Notes: generated by a model not told the origin, from the sequence alone. A stretch of DNA of 57,574 nucleotides, filler included, from Sphacelaria rigidula (GCA_964200075.2; 7 parts of 7 records of this genome joined end to end with filler, not necessarily neighbours in it); one strand, 5' to 3'. Positions 13,587 through 25,979 are shown, counted from the first letter of the whole stretch. A program made the numbers and translations.

Positions 13587-13799
13587 CCCTCTCACCTCTT
13601 GGAAACCTCTGCGTATCCCTGGGCTGTCGGCTTGCGAAAATGTTCCAAGGCGAGGCTCGCAATCAAAGGATCAAGAGCCAAAAATATGACGGACGACTCA
13701 TCATGGTATACAAACAACGCGGGTGACGTCGGATTTCCGACGGGGGGTGCATGGCGGCGCAGAGGATGAGGAAACAGTCCTCAGGGGGTGGAGGGTTAG

Positions 13800-14003
13800 G
13801 GGGCGTACTTGTTTGTTGCTCGCCTTAGTCGTTTGACCATTGACCACGCATCCCTTTCGAGATGGAGCACCGTTCCCACTCCTAATAGAGACACCTCCAA
13901 CATCCAGGTGCTCATTACTTTTTTTTCCACACATTGTACAAAAACGTTTTTAAATATCTTCGTCCTGTTTCGCCGTCTGCAGCCACCATCTATCTCCTAG
14001 TAT
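13800..14003 (-). mobile_element. LINE family A, 3' fragment
   Basis: Encodes VGGVSIRSGNGAPSRKGCVVNGQTTKASNK and aligns over ~200 nt with the 13250-13586 copy in the opposite orientation. Confidence 0.8.
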
Positions 14004-15098
14004 TGTCCGGTGTATCAAACGATTTCATGCCAACTTTGTTCACGAGGTGTGGTTCCTACCGTGAATTTGGGAGTGATGTCCACCGTTTCGGTCTATACCG
14101 TGCAAATGGTAATGCGTTTAGATAATGTAAAAGTGGTTTGGGGATACTTGATCCCTAGGATAGTCAAGAGCACCACCGTTCGTTCGCAACAGGTTATCAC
14201 GATGGATACCACCCCCAGGAACGGCTGCTATACGATCCTCGTCAAAAACGCCCAAACTTCACATGGGACCTCACTGACGCAATGTAGATGTCTTCTATAT
14301 GGTCGTATTCACCATTAATTTATACCAAATCTTCGACAAGCGGTGGACTCTCGAATGTACTTCTGCAACAGCCGAAATAAAAGCCTGGAGGGGGGGGGGG
14401 GGGCATCATGAGCCTTCAAGTTGGTCTAAAGTGAAATGCATTTGTCAAGACCCGTCGGCCCCAGTGTTGAACCTTTACTTCACTTGGCGTTCACGAAGCC
14501 GAACTTGACCCAATTTTGACAAAAGTTCATCTCTACCCCCACCGGTTCGATAGCGCAGATGCGACTTTTTTGTTCCTCTTTTTTCGATAACGTGTCTTGA
14601 ATACCTCGAATTGGCAATGTCGGAAGTGAAGTGGTCATTCACCAATGAAAGAAGGGTTGATTTCGCAAAAATGACGTAGAATCTCGTGGCTCCACTCTCT
14701 GTACAGTCGAAAAATGTGTGTGTGTGTTTTTTTTTCTTTTTTCTCGATTCGAGTCAAAATTGGGCTGGCGGAAGTGACGTGTGATACAAACATCCGTCCG
14801 TGTGTTGAATGCTCAGTCCAGAGAATATGCAACATGCAGAGGGGGCCTCCACGACACGGGAGGCTGAGGTTTCCCTTCTGTGATGTTATAGGGATTGGAC
14901 GACGAATGATCTACCTCAATGTATTTAACAACCATCTCGGAATGGACCCATAAAGCGTGGCGGCGGAAGCCGCCGAAAAAAACCTTGCACATACATGCAA
15001 TAAAAAATATGTGCGAAGGGCTGCCTTGGGTTGGCCTGGCCATTGTCCGCATCACCGAGTACCGGTCAAATATTCGTGTCGCAGGGACAAGTCCGTAC

Positions 15099-15256
15099 CT
15101 GTTGAGCTGAACAGATCCTTGACGATCCATCAGAGCCCGCTCGCAATACGTATCCACCGTGAACTTGCTCTGGCCGACTCTCGTGTATCCATCCAAGTTC
15201 AGCCCCGGTTCCCAGTAGTAAAAGTCCTCGATCTCTCCGTTCGCCGCATCGTAGAC
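15099..15256 (-). CDS. Internal exon of the SGNH-like gene
   Basis: atctcag|GTC ... AAC AG|gtacgg; 158 nt, phase 0/2. Encodes VYDAANGEIEDFYYWEPGLNLDGYTRVGQSKFTVDTYCERALMDRQGSVQLN; AG+G makes Arg with the exon starting at 9166. Confidence 0.65.
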
Positions 15257-15422
15257 CTGAGATATTAGTCATTATCAAAAGTTTACCCCAACCTGCCGGC
15301 CGAATCTCAATGGCTGCAAAAAATACTGTTGGGTTCAGCTGCACCGGGCTAGAATTGTTCGGCCCGGGGCGCACTCATTATCTTGCATATGGATCACAGC
15401 TTACAATGAGCTGCATCATTTC

Positions 15423-15482
15423 CTGGTATCGCCACTTCCAGAGACTACCATGGGTTCCACAACGCCTCATGGGTGTCTCACT
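15423..15482 (+). repeat. Unclassified dispersed repeat, also at 41197-41256
   Basis: ctggtatcgccacttcc.gagac...gcctcatgggtg.ctcac is shared between two contigs. Confidence 0.6.
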
Positions 15483-16265
15483 GTGGTACGATCATGCCCT
15501 TTGCGCGGAGTTTGGGTTCCCCACCCCGCACAATACGATCCAGCTCGATCAACATGGCTAGCGCAAATAGAACGAAAGCGAAGGAGAAAAAAACGGTATC
15601 CTCGTTGCCTATCTTACGCAGTGAGTGGCAATGGTGTTCCTTTCAATATCATAGAGGCATTTTGCAGCGATCGTAATTCATCCGCGGCGTTCATTAGAGA
15701 CGGTCATACTCCAAGGCCTGAAATATGCCAAGACTAGAGGGGAAAACGTCCTTGGAAGAGACGGGTACACATCTGCACGGCAAGGTGGCGCTACAGACCT
15801 CCGCAAGGCTGAGGCAGCCGGATGGGAAAGGATGCATTTAACCGCGGATGGACGAAGCACTCGATACACGAAATGTATTGCGAGAGAGTAATACATGACG
15901 AAGTTGACACTGTGTGCTATCAGCCGTCAGTGCAACCAGTACTGTAGTACTGACTGCACGATGCGAACCACGCCTGGACAGGGTTGGAATACCCGCGATC
16001 CATCCGTGAAAATTGCAACTTTCTCTATCCGATTCTGGATCCGAGTAGAATGTAGCAAGAAAAAAACTCCACAAAACGGCGACGAGACGACTCTAGGAAA
16101 AAGGACAAATTGACGTGGGAGCGCTTGCAACACGATTTTCCCGTTGATTCTGCTAGAAAAATATTACAGCAACCGCCCTCGTCCTCTTGAGACCGTCGTG
16201 GTACTCGGCACTCAAAGTCTGGCACTGCCTGGAAGAAGACATTGTCCCCTCCCCGACCAGCCCCA

Positions 16266-16330
16266 CGTCTCGAAAGGGATGCGTGGTCAATGGTCAAATG
16301 ACTAAGGCAAGCAACAAATGACCACGCGCA
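16266..16330 (+). mobile_element. LINE family A, 3' fragment
   Basis: cgtctcgaaagggatgcgtggtcaatggtcaaatgactaaggcaagcaacaaatga, running into a long C-run. Confidence 0.8.
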
Positions 16331-16379
16331 CCCCCCCCCCCCCACCACCCCACCCCCCCCCCTGCCACCCGCCACCGCC

Positions 16380-16479
16380 NNNNNNNNNNNNNNNNNNNNN
16401 NNNNNNNNNNNNNNNNNNNNNNNTTAATTAATTAANNNNNNNNNNNNNNNNNNNNNNNNNNNNNNNNNNNNNNNNNNNN
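16380..16479. other. Artificial contig linker
   Basis: N44-TTAATTAATTAA-N44. Confidence 0.99.
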
Positions 16480-16739
16480 AAAACGAACTCAAGCGTGGGA
16501 ATTCCCAGCTGCTCGTTGTGCTCGGCTAATTCCATTTCGATTTACGTGAACATTTTGCCTCCCCGAACCAGGCACTTCGGAGGGGGGGGGCTATCGTAGA
16601 AAGTGTCATCCCATGAAACTCGTTCGAAACTAACCCAGTATCCCGGCTATTCACCTCTGAACAACAAAAACGTACTTCCAGTACCCGTGTGTCCCGGTTT
16701 GTGGGTATGCCTTTTGTGCCCTCCCCCCCCGGGCGCGCT

Positions 16740-16896
16740 GTAAGAGGTTCTTGTGTAATGTATGGAAGAAACGTAATGAGCTACGGAAGGAAAGTAATGT
16801 TGAAGGTGTCTCTATTAGGAGTAGGAGCAGTGCTCCGTCTCGAAAGGGACGCGTGGTCAATGGTCAAACGACCAAGGCCAGCAACAAATGAGTACG
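16740..16896 (+). mobile_element. LINE family A, 3' fragment
   Basis: Ends ...gcaacaaaTGAgtacg then cccc. Flanked by ccccgggcgcgct / ccctcgggcgtgct. Confidence 0.8.
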
Positions 16897-17178
16897 CCCC
16901 TCGGGCGTGCTCCTCTCCCCATACCACATTTCGCAATTCATTTTCTAGAAACGCTACTGTACCGATGAAGATGCTAGTGTACCACGTTACGAGGTTGAGC
17001 GTGTTCCATTGATGGTTTTACACGCGTATTTTGCCCATCGTATCTCGCGTATCCCTGGCCATTCTTCACGTATCATAAGGTTATCGTAGCCTCCAGTCAA
17101 CCGCAAAGCAGCACCGAAGACCAAATTTTCTCATCATCACAGCACACCCATCACAGGATGTCATACCTGACCAATACA

Positions 17179-18069
17179 TACTTCACGAGGCTGCAAATGC
17201 AGAGGCTGGCAAACTTCGCCACAGGACCGCTATCGCCGACCATGAGGATATGGCAAAAACAGTGTTCCAAACAAGCGAGGAAGAGCGCGATATCGATCGC
17301 CTCTTGAGAGATGCCCAGAACGTCTTGGAAGATTTGGTGAGCCAAAAGGAGTGTACCCTCGGGGAGAGTCAGGCAGCGAAGGAAATAGTCCGGAACGGGT
17401 TTAGTTGAGCGTAGCCCACGGGTCAAACGACAGTGCAAAATTAATTGCCGCCCAGGCCACTACTGCCGCTGACATCGAGCAAATTGAGCTCCATCATCGA
17501 GATGATGGGGTCTCTGTCATCATTATGGTGGAGCTCGATTTGCTCGAAGCCGGGGGCAGTAATGGCCTGGGTGGCAACGAGGTTTGCACAATCCTTTGCA
17601 GAGAAACTGTGTTTGGCGAACAACACCTGTCTTGAAGTCTCCAAGTCCTAGTGAGGAAGGAAGTCCTTGGAGCAGTCTTGTGACCTTGTTCTGAGTCTAA
17701 GAGGGGTCTATACCTTCGAGCCATGGGCTATGCTCAGCATAAATATGATGGCGCTCGATTTGCTCGATGTCGGAGGTAGCAGTGGCCTGGGCGGGGATCC
17801 GCTTGGCACTATCGTTTGAGCCGTGGGCTACGCTCAACATGAGCTCGTTCCGGGCCATACCATCCTTGCCACCTGAGTCTCCGCGAGGGTACGCTCATTT
17901 TGGCCGACCAAATCTTCCAAGAGGTTCTGGGCGTCTCTCAAGAGGCGATCGATATCGCGCTGTTCCTCGCTTGTTTTCAACACCGTATTCGCCATGTTCT
18001 CATGTTTGGCGATAATGGTCCTGTGGCTACTTTTGGCAGCGTCTTCATCTGCAGCGCAGCGTGAAATAC
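17179..18069. repeat. Nested inverted duplication of a decayed coding fragment
   Basis: Arms at ~17179-17498 (+) and ~17746-18069 (-) both encode ...TSEE(E/Q)RDIDRLLRDAQN(V/L)LEDLV.... An inner hairpin pairs ~17430-17500 with ~17520-17595. Confidence 0.85.
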
Positions 18070-18929
18070 GTTCTTTTCTCCGACGCAAGGACTAACTCCG
18101 CGCAGACATGAATGATCACAAAGCCCCATTTCCTGGTGACACTAACCCTTGGTCTGTCTCGCGCGATGCAGAACCGTGTTCAACCAGAGCTCGTTTCGTC
18201 CCACCGTCTAGCAAACCCCCCCGTGCGCACCGCTCCTCCTATGCCAATCCCTTGAGAGCGCGCTCGGCGTTCGTCACTGTCCTGCAGTGCGCCTTTTCGG
18301 CAGCAGTTCTGCCCCTCTGTCCGGCTGCCTGAGTCTGTAGATGTGGGATACCCTTCAAGGCGCCATTCTGCAGGCTGAATCTGTCGGCGCGCCGGGGAAG
18401 GAAGCGATGGGCTCCATGCGCGATACCGAGCGAGCCGGGCGGGCGGGCGAACAAAGTAATCCGAACTGTGGCTTCTCCGTTCCCCGCCAGATATGAAAGA
18501 ACGACAACGGAGTTTTTGCGAGTGCATGTGACACTCATGGGGGAACAGAGAGTTTCTCCTGTATGGAAATCCCCGTTTTCCCACCTGTAAATCGTTTTAT
18601 GCCCATTGCTTGCTAATAAGAGCGTTAGGTTCTGTACTGATTGGCACATACCAATGCAAGCAAAGTTTGGTGGTGCTGTTTGACAGTATCTTAGCAGGTT
18701 TCGCCGGATCCAAAGCGAACACTTTCCCTCAGGTAACAAGAGTCATTTCAATCATGTAGACGTAGTTTATAAAACCGAACTGTTTTTCCTCCATAAGTGT
18801 GCCGAAATTCGGTACTTACATGTTGTTACGGTGGGCGACGTCTGTGCAGACGGTAGTCAGCAGAGTCGAGCAACGAAAGCTCCAGATTGCAGCATTGACA
18901 CACCTCTCTGCACCACGCTCAAACAATTA

Positions 18930-19320
18930 GGCCACCGACATAGATATCTTTTTTCAATCCGCATGTCAAGAAGATCTCCACAAGTGTTTGATCTCTCACA
19001 CACAACCCCCACAACTGGCCTGTGGCACGGTGTTGTGGTTAGGCGCCTAGATGGTCACAGGTCGGGTAAAATCAACGATGAAGTACACCCCCCAAGATCA
19101 AATTGGATATGTTCTCATTGCCGCAACACCGCCCTTACTGGCATGTGTGTGACAGAGAACAGCAGTAGCGGTGACGGGAACATTGCGCTGTTTTTCATCG
19201 GCATACATGTTTTTCAGCGCACAGAGGCGCGTCCTGTCCGAAAAGAGAGGTAGAGAGAAATCGACCTTCGCATTGGTGAGTTCCACAGGCAAGAAGAGAC
19301 GGAATCTCTCCGCAGCTCGA
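18930..19320 (+). pseudogene. Possible relic of a PHD-finger plus HMG-box coding sequence
   Basis: Frameshifted fragments SACQEDLHKCL and PPRSNWICSHC (PHD-like). Then SAYMFFSAQRR-x19-GKKRRNLSAA, with HMG-box spacing and the conserved Trp replaced by Arg. Confidence 0.3.
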
Positions 19321-19880
19321 TGTTCTGGCACATGGAAAATCGGGTACATGCTGGTAACAGGTATGCTGCCAGTCTCTCGAGCGATTGGTAATCGCCGAGC
19401 GAGGACACTCAAAGGACATGGACGAGGAGCTTCCTCTCTGTCATGAGTCTCTCTCTGGTGATATCGTCATCGACACGCGTGTACACCGCATTCGTTGGGT
19501 TCATCTAGCCACAACTGATTCACTGCTGCAGAATCTCGGGGTGAAAGATGGTTTCGTTCCGTGTAACTGTTTCGCGTCATCCCTGAAAAGAAGATATCCC
19601 ACTTGAACCTCACGTTTTAGATCGAACCCATTTTTCAGAGTCCGCTGTTACATCGTTTCGCTCTTCTCATATATCTTAGTCGCTGCGATTTGTACCTGCG
19701 CGGGAATCCTTCGTGGAAGGCAGTAGATGGTGCTCCTCCGGTTGCCCCCGTGACTAAGTTTTTGCTTCATGATCGCAATGTGAGTTGTTGAACCACTGGT
19801 TTCAGCAGATGAAACCACGAACGACCCCAAGGGTGATGGGGCCGGAACCAATGCCAGAACCATTTATTCGTGGACTGTGA

Positions 19881-20197
19881 TATTCGAGTGAACAGCCTTT
19901 TCAGTGTAGTCTTCAGTACCGATCAACCACGGTACAGAGGTACCTGTCTTCACGGGTTTTGACAGTTACATGCGATGGGATTTGGTACCAAAGTAGGCGT
20001 TTGTCTTGTACTCACGTACGCAATGTCTGATTGGGAGGCTCTGCTTACCATGGTGTTGGGTAGCCACGCCAGTTCACTTCCTTCTCTATGCCTTGTCCGG
20101 CTAAATGATATAACTATTCTACAGCCTGATCGACTCTCTGTTCCTGTGTTCTATCACGAATCACTGAACACTCTGGAGTCATGTGATTTAACCAACG
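19881..20197 (+). repeat. 5' LTR
   Basis: Aligns with 24215-24540 (ttttcagtgtagtcttcagtac...gaggtacctgtcttcacgggttttgacagttacatgcg...). Begins TATT and ends ...ttaaccaac, followed by the PBS-like ggcttgtg. Confidence 0.75.
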
Positions 20198-20474
20198 GCT
20201 TGTGGTCCGGAGCTCCGCCAGCTGCTGGGCATCACTTCCACGGCTCCCCTCAGTTCCACAACGTCGGTTGCTGACGACGCATCATCTCGAGCCGCAATTG
20301 TGGGGATGGGTCGTGTTTTGTTGGTCTTCCACCTTGATCGGGGTTTTGAATCACAAGCCGTTGGTTAAATCACGTGACTCTAGAGTTTTCCGTGATTCGT
20401 GATCCGTGCACAGGAACAGATGGACACGGCTTTTGATTTTAACCAACAGCTTGTGATCCAAAACTCCGATCAAG

Positions 20475-21796
20475 GTCGCAGACCAACAAAACACGACCAT
20501 CCCCACAATTGCGACTCGAGATGACGCGTCGTCAGCAACCGACGTTGTGGAACTGAGGGGAGCCGTGGGAGTGATTGCCCAGCAGCTGGCGGAGCTTCAG
20601 ACAACAATGTTTCAATTAGTGCGCGGGACACCGCCTGCGGGCGGGGAGGAGGAGTCACGTGACGGACTACACACCGTCACAGATGCGGGAGCAACAGCGG
20701 CCCCTGTATCAATCGACCGAGGGGTCATATTTAGCCTGACAGGAGGAGCAAGGCCGGTCCATGAAAACCCACACCTGTGCGGAATGTTTTGCGCGATAGC
20801 GCTACCGGTGAGGCTCGGAGTAACTTGAGACACCTGAGTCTGGGGATGAACAACGCACCACGTTTGGAAATGCTTAGTTTTGACGGTCTTGGAGAAAATT
20901 GGCAGATATTTCGTGACGATTTCGTAACGCAGATGGATGCGATGGGCAAAATGGAGGTTTCGAATGACGGTAGAGAGATAAACGTGCATCAAGCTACTGA
21001 ACAACAGATGATTGCACAAGGGTTGAACTGCACAGAAATAGTTATGTTCAAAACTCTTTGGGCGACGCTGATCAACTCCATTAGCGATAAGGCCACCAAG
21101 CAGCTCGTGTACTCTAGCCGGGGAACAGCAAAAGCATGGAAGGCGTTGCAGGACACCTATGCACCGATGACGGCGGGTGAACAGTTGTCAATGACCGGTA
21201 GATTTTACTCCATGATCCAGAAACCTAATCAGGACCCCCGTGTGTTCTGGCAAGATTTCCTGTCTGTAGTTAGATCCCTCGAAGATGTTTTTAAGCAGCC
21301 AATCCCAAAGATGCTCGTGTTCATTCGCTTTATCCACAGACTCACTAGTGAGTACGACTCCCAGAAATAACACCTCTTGAATATGAATGTGATGACCTTG
21401 GAGGTAGACGAGATGCTGAGGGTGTTGAGAACGAGGTTAGGTATTCTCAAGGCGGGGAAAGAGGGAGGCACTGATGGTGCACTCATATCATCGAGGGGAA
21501 GCAATCGGAAAAGGGTTAGAAAGAAAAACGCACGAAAGAACGTCAAGGCAGAAGATAAGAAAAACGGCCGTGACGGAGAACCGGAAAAAAGAAAGTGTTG
21601 GATATGTAAACAAGACGCGGAACACTACACCGCCGAATGCCTGGAACAGTATTGTTTGAAGTGTGGTAAGAAAGGACACAAGTTGAGAGACCGCCCCACA
21701 AGAGAAGATGATGAGGACACAGCGATGGCTGTAGATGACACATGCGGTGACAGCTCTTCCTCCGTTTGTTCGGATGCTGACACAGAAGCTTCCTAA
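20475..21796 (+). pseudogene. gag: Copia-like gag with a frameshift (~20775) and an in-frame stop (21368-21370)
   Basis: FDGLGENWQIFRDDF...LWATLINSISD...AKAWKALQDTY (Copia gag/UBN2-like). Two knuckles: CWICKQDAEHYTAEC and CLKCGKKGHKLRDR. Confidence 0.8.
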
Positions 21797-24214
21797 ATGA
21801 TCAAGTATGGATGGTAACGAGAGTTGCATTCCGAAATTCAGCTTGTTTACCCCGGAGCAACTATACCCACGGAGAAAATATGACGTTGCGACTTTTGGAC
21901 AAAATCTGCCCCTGACCGGCGTTGAGACTCTTTTTACAGGGATGTACCGCTCTCAACGTTGGGTATTACACCATCCGCTTTCCCTTAGAGTGTAGGTTGA
22001 TGTTCCCTAGTTTGGTTGGTTGACGGGTAGGTATCTTGATTGCATGGAAGTATTGAACGATCCGCCCTCCTTTGGAGTGTAGATTGAATATCCCTAACTT
22101 GATCGGTTGATGGCGAAGTGTATTTTCGGTATCTGGTTATCTGCGGATAGACCTTTTTGTTTTTGCGGTGGGGTCATGTATACATGAAACGCCGACCCAG
22201 TCAAATGTGTTCCATTTTTTCTTGTCACCTGCGGGGTGTGGGGCACGGGGCACCGTTCCCAGCTAGCATGGTTGTCGACAAAATATGAAGATCGCCTCGA
22301 TAAGTGCAGTGCGGGTAGGACGCTATAACTCTGGCTTGATTGTACAGACGATATCGGCATTTAGTCATCTCAGTGGAGTACAGGAGTACCCATGTGACTG
22401 ATGACGACCAGTTGAATCCTACTGCAAGACATATACTCCGTGGAGTAAAAATTCTTGGTTTGATGGTAGTGCCTGGTCCTTCATTTTTACAGGGTAGAGA
22501 GGGAACTTCTCCTCGTGAAATTGCTGGACTGCCCCTCGATTTCGATTCCCAAAAAGGTGGAAGCACGAGAGGTGTCAAAGTGCGTTTGGTCGCGGCTTGC
22601 GTCATTGACAGTTAATTAACTGGGGGGGGGGGGGCTGTTTGAAAAGGAACAGTAGTTACCGGTGCCCTGTAAGGTACAGACTGAGTACACATCACGTATT
22701 CCGTATGTGGTAGCTATGGAGAAAAAAAAAAAAACATGTTATGCATGACATGAGAAAAATAAAAAAATGCTGCTTTGAACCCGTTTTGGATGTAGCTTTG
22801 AGGCTGTGAGCTGGCAAAACGAGGACCATGCGGTAGACAAAGGGTGCTATTGCATGACACGATGAAACAAGAAATGCTCCTTTTTTCACCCCATGTGATT
22901 GGTGGTCAAGATATACGTTGACGACACTGAAATCATGTTCGGTGGTGGACGTGCTGGCACAGCATGCTAAGACAAGAGTGTAAAGCGCAAATTGTTACCT
23001 GGCAAACTGTGCGCGGGCATGTTCACACAGCATGGATAAACAAGAGTGTAACTGGAAGCACGGATGCGTAAAGATAGAGATGATTGTTGAGATGCGACTC
23101 TTTGTGTAATAATATTTTTTGCTGATTATAACGGTCGGTCGAGTGAGATATCACTATATTGATAGGACCTGGTAAATGATTAGCTTTTGGATATTTCCCC
23201 ATCTCCAATGTGTTGCGTCGAGCATCACTTTCCGGTGAGGCTCGATATCTGAAAAAAAATCTCCTCCGATAGGTGGCAAGCTAATGTTGGGTGGACGCGA
23301 ACCGGCAACGAGCACAACCCCCCGCTGCGTGGATCATTTCTCGATGGACATCGATCGGTGGAGAGAGACAACAACGCTCCACGATGCAGACGCCCCCCCA
23401 TTGCCGTAGCCCGAAACGAGGGGGGCAAGAGAGAGACGCAGACTGTTTGAAAGCGAAAGATGAGGGGGGGAAGGAAGCTGTGATTATCATGTTGTGCTTT
23501 TGATTGCTCGTGTTGAAAACAGTTGAGCAAAATATCGCTCTGTCGGTTCGCCAGGTAGACTTCTGGTACAAGATTGACTATACGTTTGATTGACAGTATG
23601 CCGGAAGGTATCGAGAACTATTACTCCGCAGGATCGCGATGTAAGAGTTGTGCAGTCTTTTGACTGATATCATTTTTTTCTGATTTCTGTTTCGAAGATT
23701 AATATCTCAAGGATTTAAAAATAGGGCATGTGCCCTTGATGATGCGCAAGCTGTACTGCAAGATAGGCGTAAATAAAACTCACTGAGGGGCTTGATTTCG
23801 TACTATGTTGCAGAGTTAGATGCCTGTCTGAACCGATACTAGGTGTGCACTGTACTGCTTGCACCATGGGAAGGCACAAAACGTGAGAGTCCGTGTTTGC
23901 AAATTTCCAAGTATGGATCTTATTATTATTCTGGTTCCGCGAGAGCTTGATTTTTAATCTTGGTACGTTGGTCGAGATCTTTTAGCGCAATAATTTGGAT
24001 GAGGTACAGAGGATTCCGGAGTACCTTTTCGAAAGAAGGGGCGCACCTATGACTCTAGTAGATTTTGCCTTTGGGGGCAGGCGCGATCTTTTTCCGAAAG
24101 TACCTGTTTAGTTACTGGTGAAGTTTGGAGAGATACCCCTGCTCACAGGATACGCTGTTATTGTCTTGAATGGTTTCCCGTAAGCCTAATACTGAAATGA
24201 CAGTGCAAGGGGGA

Positions 24215-24540
24215 TATTTGAATGAACAGCATTTTCAGTGTAGTCTTCAGTACTGCGCAACCACGGCACAGAGGTACCTGTCTTCACGGGTTTTGACAGT
24301 TACATGCGGTGGGATTTGATACCAGAGTAGGCGTATGTCTTGTACTCACGTACGCAATTTCTGATTTCGCTTACCATGGTGTTGGGTAGTAGCCACACCA
24401 ACTCAATTCCTTCTTTTGCCTTGTCTGGCTATATAATGCTTCAGTACTAACTACTCTTCTACAACCTGATCGGCTCGGCCGTGTCCTTTGATCGACTTCA
24501 ACAGTCGTGTCCATCTGTTCTCGTGTACGGATCACAATCA
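24215..24540 (+). repeat. 3' LTR preceded by a PPT (24207-24214)
   Basis: Direct repeat of 19881-20197. Begins TATT and contains a ctatataa TATA-like motif near 24429. Confidence 0.75.
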
Positions 24541-24618
24541 AGTTGATTTGAAATTTTGGGGTTCATACAAAATATGGGGCTGAAGTGGCATATCTCTCTT
24601 GCACAGAAGACCCGAAAC

Positions 24619-24718
24619 NNNNNNNNNNNNNNNNNNNNNNNNNNNNNNNNNNNNNNNNNNNNTTAATTAATTAANNNNNNNNNNNNNNNNNNNNNNNNNN
24701 NNNNNNNNNNNNNNNNNN
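24619..24718. other. Artificial contig linker
   Basis: N44-TTAATTAATTAA-N44. Confidence 0.99.
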
Positions 24719-25835
24719 GTGCGAAATCAAAGCAGGACAGGGATAGCCTAAGGATATGACGTCCTGCGGTGTGCTTTGTCACCCTGCACCCTACCGCTGT
24801 GCAGTGAGCAGGTAGTACCGCCGAAGGCGTCACGCTGCGGTTGGTGCGCAGTGTCGAAAAGAGCAGCAAGCAGCATATTTTATGTACATGGATGTGCGTC
24901 CTACGACCGATGCGCACACACACAGCAACTACTTTTGCCATCATCTATCGACCAGGGGGGTACCCCCCCTCCTCGAATAGGGTACCCGGGGTCCCTCCCC
25001 CCCCTTTCCTCCTACGGCCCCAGAATGAGGTTTGGGCGACCTGGGGAGGTGATTGATGATTGATTGATTGATTGGTTAACTGGAGGTGGTGCTGTCATTT
25101 CCCGATATGGGGCTCGTCGGCCCAGCGTGCATCTGCTTGATGCTTGACGCTGTCTCCTCTCTGCCCGAGAAACAGCATTTTGCAGCTCATAGTCGATGGC
25201 ATACCGGGAAGCAAGTCCTGTACGTGTCCTTGAAAACAGGCATGGTAGTGACTGGGACTGGTTCGTGACGACTTAGCGGGAATTTGCCGCGAAACAGCTC
25301 GCGTTTCAGCGCCGGCTTGCTGCGGGCCCTGGCGAATGTAGGGTGACGGCGATAGCACCAACACGATTTATGTTTCAATACAACTTTACGCTTCCGTGCA
25401 ACGACACATCACCATACCCCGGGTGCGTGCGGCAGACCTTCATTTTGATAGGGCCCAGCCGAGACCACTCCGGTTTCACCGCCGCAATTCAAGACCGTCC
25501 CAAACACCGGAATAAATTGAGATTGGAAGCGCCCCGGGTACAGGGAAATATATAGTCAGATATTGGACAGTATTCCGATCGTACCTAACTTTACATTTGG
25601 GTAGATACTGGGGATGGGACTATCGCAACACATTGATTCGGGAGAGTAAATACCCGGGTATTTACCCTACCTAGCTCACCCTTGGAATGCTGTTTTCACC
25701 GTCAATCCGAGTCTACCCAGCTCTCACAAACCAACGCACCGAATTTCACGAAGCCGCAGAAGGCATAAATGGATAACACGGCAAACCCTGAAAGAGGGAG
25801 CCGAGATAAGAAAGTAGAAGACGCAGTTACTGTAG

Positions 25836-25979
25836 CTACGGTACCACATCTCCGACGAGCACGTAGTACACCGTAACGGTGAATACCGTGGCCAGAAACC
25901 CCACCGCGAGCATCAAGGTCCCGCCGAGCATTCCCAGAGCGGCGGCACCAAATGCAATCGCACAGGACCAGATCACCAC
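25836..25979 (-). CDS. Ketopantoate-reductase-like gene, last exon (hydrophobic membrane anchor)
   Basis: aaacag|GTG; 144 nt, phase 0. Encodes VVIWSCAIAFGAAALGMLGGTLMLAVGFLATVFTVTVYYVLVGDVVP*. Requires the upstream GC donor at 26690. Confidence 0.65.
   Translation of the reverse strand: MVIWSCAIAFGAAALGMLGGTLMLAVGFLATVFTVTVYYVLVGDVVP

Larger units (their letters stand above)
19881..24540 (+). mobile_element. Copia-type LTR retrotransposon with gag only (no pol motifs seen)
   Basis: Two ~320-bp direct repeats (19881-20197 and 24215-24540). A polypurine tract aaggggga precedes the second. A disrupted gag lies between them. Confidence 0.7.

Noticed and set aside
12279-16330. Oppositely oriented family A copies read as TIRs of DNA transposons capturing the 15099-15256 exon
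   Set aside because: Copies are variably truncated, several have their own TSD, and they encode a LINE ORF2 end. They are independent retrotranspositions.
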